A stretch of DNA of 64,000 nucleotides. Source: the human T2T-CHM13v2.0 reference genome, Homo sapiens. A program made the position numbers and the translations under genes. The first letter of the stretch is position 1. The number at the start of each line of letters is the position of its first letter. Positions 60,799 to 64,000 of this stretch are shown piece after piece. The stretch lies in NCBI RefSeq assembly GCF_009914755.1, contig NC_060926.1; one strand, given 5' to 3'. The notes beneath the pieces are model-generated. The model was not told the origin of the DNA and made no database searches. It worked only from the letters and a program-made list of their open reading frames with translations.

Positions 60799-62392
60799 AG
60801 AAAAGAGGGGAGGAGAAGGTGTCCGTTACTCTTCCTCCTCCTTTCAGAGTGACCCAGAGTGGAGAGAAAGATAGAAAGAGTGCCCCACTTCTCCTCTTTC
60901 ATCCCATCTCCTCAGGGTCCCAGCAACCATCATAGATGCCACCCATGGATGCAAGCATAACCTTCGCCCATGGATCTAGAGGAGCTAGTCGGCAAGAGTA
61001 GTCATGTTTACCTGTATGAGGCCCTAGCTCTCCACCCTGCTGGTTTCCCAGACCCACATGACCCATAAGGCTCCCAGGGTACCCCAGGGGCCCAGAAGAG
61101 ATTGCACAATAGTTGAATTTGGGCAAGACCCTTTAATGGAGGGAGTGTCTTAACTCTATCCATACATTCTGTTACTACTGCCCGGGCAAAGTTATGAATT
61201 CCTAGAGAATGGGACCAATTGACTTCTAAACATAAGATCCGTTTCTCACTTAGATGCCAATGTAGCTGAATGCACAACAGATGTCTCAAAATAATGTAAG
61301 AATTGAATGGCTGTCCTCCCTCTGATAGGGATAGCACTGAGGCAAAAATCTGTCTTGCCAGGATGGCTTCCTCCCAGCTGCTGAAAGGGGAGATTTTCTG
61401 CTTACAAATAGGGCATGGGGCCTGATCACTGAGAGAGGGACGTAAGAGGGAAAGGAATCAGGGAACTAGAGGTTCTGGAAGGACTGACAAGGCTCCCCAT
61501 GGAGAAGATTCCCACCCCACTAGGTAGCACTGGAGTGCTTAAAATGTCAGGAAAAAACTCTGATTCCAAATTCTTTCCAAGCAGATGTTAGAAAGAGAAG
61601 TTGGGGCTTAATAGGATGTCCCCACAACATGCCTACTAGCAGGAAAAAATTAACTTGTCATAGAGGAACTGCTTAAATTCACTGGGGAATGCTGAGCTCT
61701 TACATGAGGAAAAAAAAAATGGAGCAGAGGGTATTCACTCGGGGTGAAATATCCGCACATACAGTGCCAGGAACGCCTATCACTGGGGGACAAGAAGGCC
61801 CTTACTAGGTGAAAGTTTAGACTGAAATCTTGAAATCCCCCCATCTCAAGGAAATCACAGAAGCAGCAATTTTTTAAAATTTACATTCTTGGTTACCAAG
61901 GCACCTGCTAACTGTACCCAACAAGATTACCTCCCAGGCTGTAAAAAATCCTTCAACGTAGTACATAAAGAAGGGATAGGAGATATGATAGCTGTGAAAA
62001 GAGAAGAAATAAATTCAATAGAAAAGTCTGGAAGTCCTGATGCCGACGCCCTGATGGGCTGTTGGGGGCCAGAGGTAGTCCAGGGGCCAGAGCTTGTCCA
62101 GGGACCTATATAGCCTTGGCCAGATGCCTTCAGTTGCCCCAGGACCTCCTTCCAAAGGAAACTGGATTGGAACAGAGCCAACATTCCCACCATGTGAGGG
62201 CGATAGGGGATTGAGAAAGTCCTCTCCAGCAAGCCTGTCCCCTGAGTCTTGTAAGGATGGCAGCCACTCTAGAAGCTTTTAACTGGCTGAAGGGCGCAGT
62301 GTTTTGTTTAATTAAAAAAACTGAGGGCAAGAAGCCCCCAAACAAAAATGAAGAATCGGAGGTCCCTCCTACTCAACTTTCCAATGTTTCCT

Positions 62393-62410
62393 TTCCCTGC
62401 CAATGCACTA
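62393..62410 (-). other. Primer-binding site complementary to tRNA-Gly
   Basis: Plus strand TTCCCTGCCAATGCACTA vs tRNA-Gly(GCC) 3' end TTCCCGGCCAATGCACCA (16/18), 3 nt from the LTR end. Confidence 0.8.
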
Positions 62411-62413
62411 AAA

Positions 62414-62998
62414 TGTTACAGTTTTGCCAATGCACCACAATGTTACTGTTTTGCCAATGCACTGCAATGTAGCAGTTTCTCATTGCCGGGTATCACCTGC
62501 ATTTCTTTGTTTCACAACCAGGAAAATTAAGGAGCCTGGACACAAACGGTGCAGTTGGAGCGAAAGTTTAATAAGTGAAAGAAGAAAGCTCTCTGCTGTG
62601 GAGAGGGAGCCTGGAAGAGGGTTGCCATTTTTACAGTTAAATGCAAAGGCTTTTATAAGAAACTGAAGAGGACTAGGTGTCTCATTTGCATAAGATGCAA
62701 ATTTATGCTAGCTCCACCCCATCCTCCTAGTGTGCATGGGGGCTCTTACCTTGAGCTATTCCATATTGCTTTGTTCCCCTTACTGTGCATGAGTCAGGGG
62801 ATGGAATTTTCCATTGCAGGCATGGCTGGGAAAGTCACCTGCGTAGCCTTTCTTATCTGTTCAGCTGTGGGCATGTCTTAGGCAAGCCCCTCTATGCAAG
62901 TTCCCTTATCTGTACCTGCAGGCTGTTCTTTTGTTTAAAGAATTCAACTGAGGACCCACCCTAACTGCCTGACCAGTTTCTTCCTTTCTACTCTCTCA
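62414..62998 (-). mobile_element. 5' LTR (MER61-like)
   Basis: Minus strand tgagagagtagaaaggaagaaactggtcaggcagttagggtggg...tgtaaca, followed by the PBS. Confidence 0.9.
62869..62889. promoter_or_regulatory. p53-family response element in the 5' LTR
   Basis: GGGCATGTCT-T-AGGCAAGCCC: two perfect RRRCWWGYYY half-sites with a 1-nt spacer; MER61 LTRs are known p53-site carriers. Confidence 0.6.
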
Positions 62999-63197
62999 CT
63001 AGCCTGAACAATGTGGTGAAGTTCCCTCTCTATAAAATATACAATATTTTATGCATAAATATGGTGGCATGCATCTCAGGAGGCTGAGATGGGAGGATTG
63101 CTTGAGCCCCGGAGGCAGAGGCTGCAATGAGCCAAGATCGCACCACTGCACTCCAGCCTGGGCGACAGAGCATGACCCTGTCTCAAAAAAAACAAAC
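62999..63197 (+). mobile_element. Right piece of the AluJ-like element split by the provirus
   Basis: Continues the Alu from 53448; followed by ctaatttca (63198-63206), matching the left TSD. Confidence 0.88.
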
Positions 63198-63384
63198 CTA
63201 ATTTCAAACATTCCTTCTCTTTGTAACTCACCTGTGCCACTACTCGGAAAGATACACAATGTTGTGAATTCCTGCAGGGGGGATTCTGCTCTGTTAGTGA
63301 ATGTTTCCTCACTGCTGGCTAGGGAATTCATCTGAAGTTGCTTGCCATTCCACCATCTTCCAGCTCCTAAAATGCTGGTGTTAT

Positions 63385-64000
63385 TGTGTCCGGAATTTAG
63401 TCCTTCTGGTGGGTTCTTGGTCTTGCTGACTTCAGGAATGAAGCCGTGGACCTTCATGGTGAGTGTTACAGCTCTTAAAGATGGTTTGTCTGTAATTTGT
63501 TCCTTCAGATGTTCGGATGTGTCCGGAGTTTCTTCCTTCCAGTAGGTTCGTGGTCTCGCTGACTTCAGGAGTGAAGCTGCAGACCTTCGCAGTGAGTGTT
63601 ACAGCTCTTAAAGGTGGTGTGTCTGGAGTTATTTGTTCCTTCTGATGGGTTTGTGATCTCGCTGACTTGAGGAATGAAGCCACGGACCCTCACGGTGAGT
63701 GTTACAGCTGATAAAGGCAGTGTGGACCCAAAGAGTGAGCAGCAGCAAGATTTATTGTGAAGAGCAAAAGAACAAAGCTTCCACAGCGTGGAAGGGGACC
63801 CGAGTGGGTTGCCGCTGCTGGCTGTAGTGGCCAGCTTTTATTCCCTTATTTGGCTCTGCCCACATCCTGCTGATTGGTCCATTTTACAGAGTGCTGATTG
63901 GTCCATTTTACAGAGTGATTGGTGCTGATTGGTGAGTTTACAATCCTTTAGCTAGACACAGAGCGCTGAGTGGTGCATTTACAATCCTTTAACTGGACAC
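63385..64000 (-). mobile_element. Second LTR12-family LTR (runs off the window end)
   Basis: tgtgtccggaatt terminus, repeated gagtgttacagctc units, TATA-like ttttatt near 63837-63843, ctgattggt boxes. Confidence 0.92.

Overview
Human-like (primate) genomic DNA. I recognise it from the translated exons as the 3' end of MAP3K20 (ZAK), long isoform ZAK-alpha, on the + strand. Six coding exons with GT-AG boundaries (958-1020, 1989-2081, 21265-21381, 23629-23703, 26311-26461, 28616-29316) join in frame to give about residues 402-800. A 3' UTR of about 1.25 kb follows, with poly(A) signals at 30064 and 30557. The rest is intronic or downstream sequence rich in Alu, MIR, L1, L2 and LTR repeats. Notable structure: (1) a repeat-free, motif-dense block in the 19-kb intron (about 12.3-13.8 kb) that looks like a developmental enhancer; (2) a solo LTR12 (44298-45717, minus strand) with promoter and splice-donor signals pointing antisense into MAP3K20, the likely start of MAP3K20-AS1; (3) a two-LTR MER61-type provirus (53449-62998, minus) that split an old Alu, carries p53, octamer and AP-1 motifs, and hosts a processed RPS2 pseudogene with a template-switch hairpin; (4) a 113-bp inverted templated duplication (33031-33143 vs 35281-35396). 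Nearly all short ORFs in the supplied track are repeat-derived or chance. I cannot demonstrate a new biological system from sequence alone. The best candidate is the set of minus-strand LTR promoters aimed at the 3' end of the ribotoxic-stress kinase gene. Repeat subfamily names are by-eye calls and repeat boundaries are approximate.
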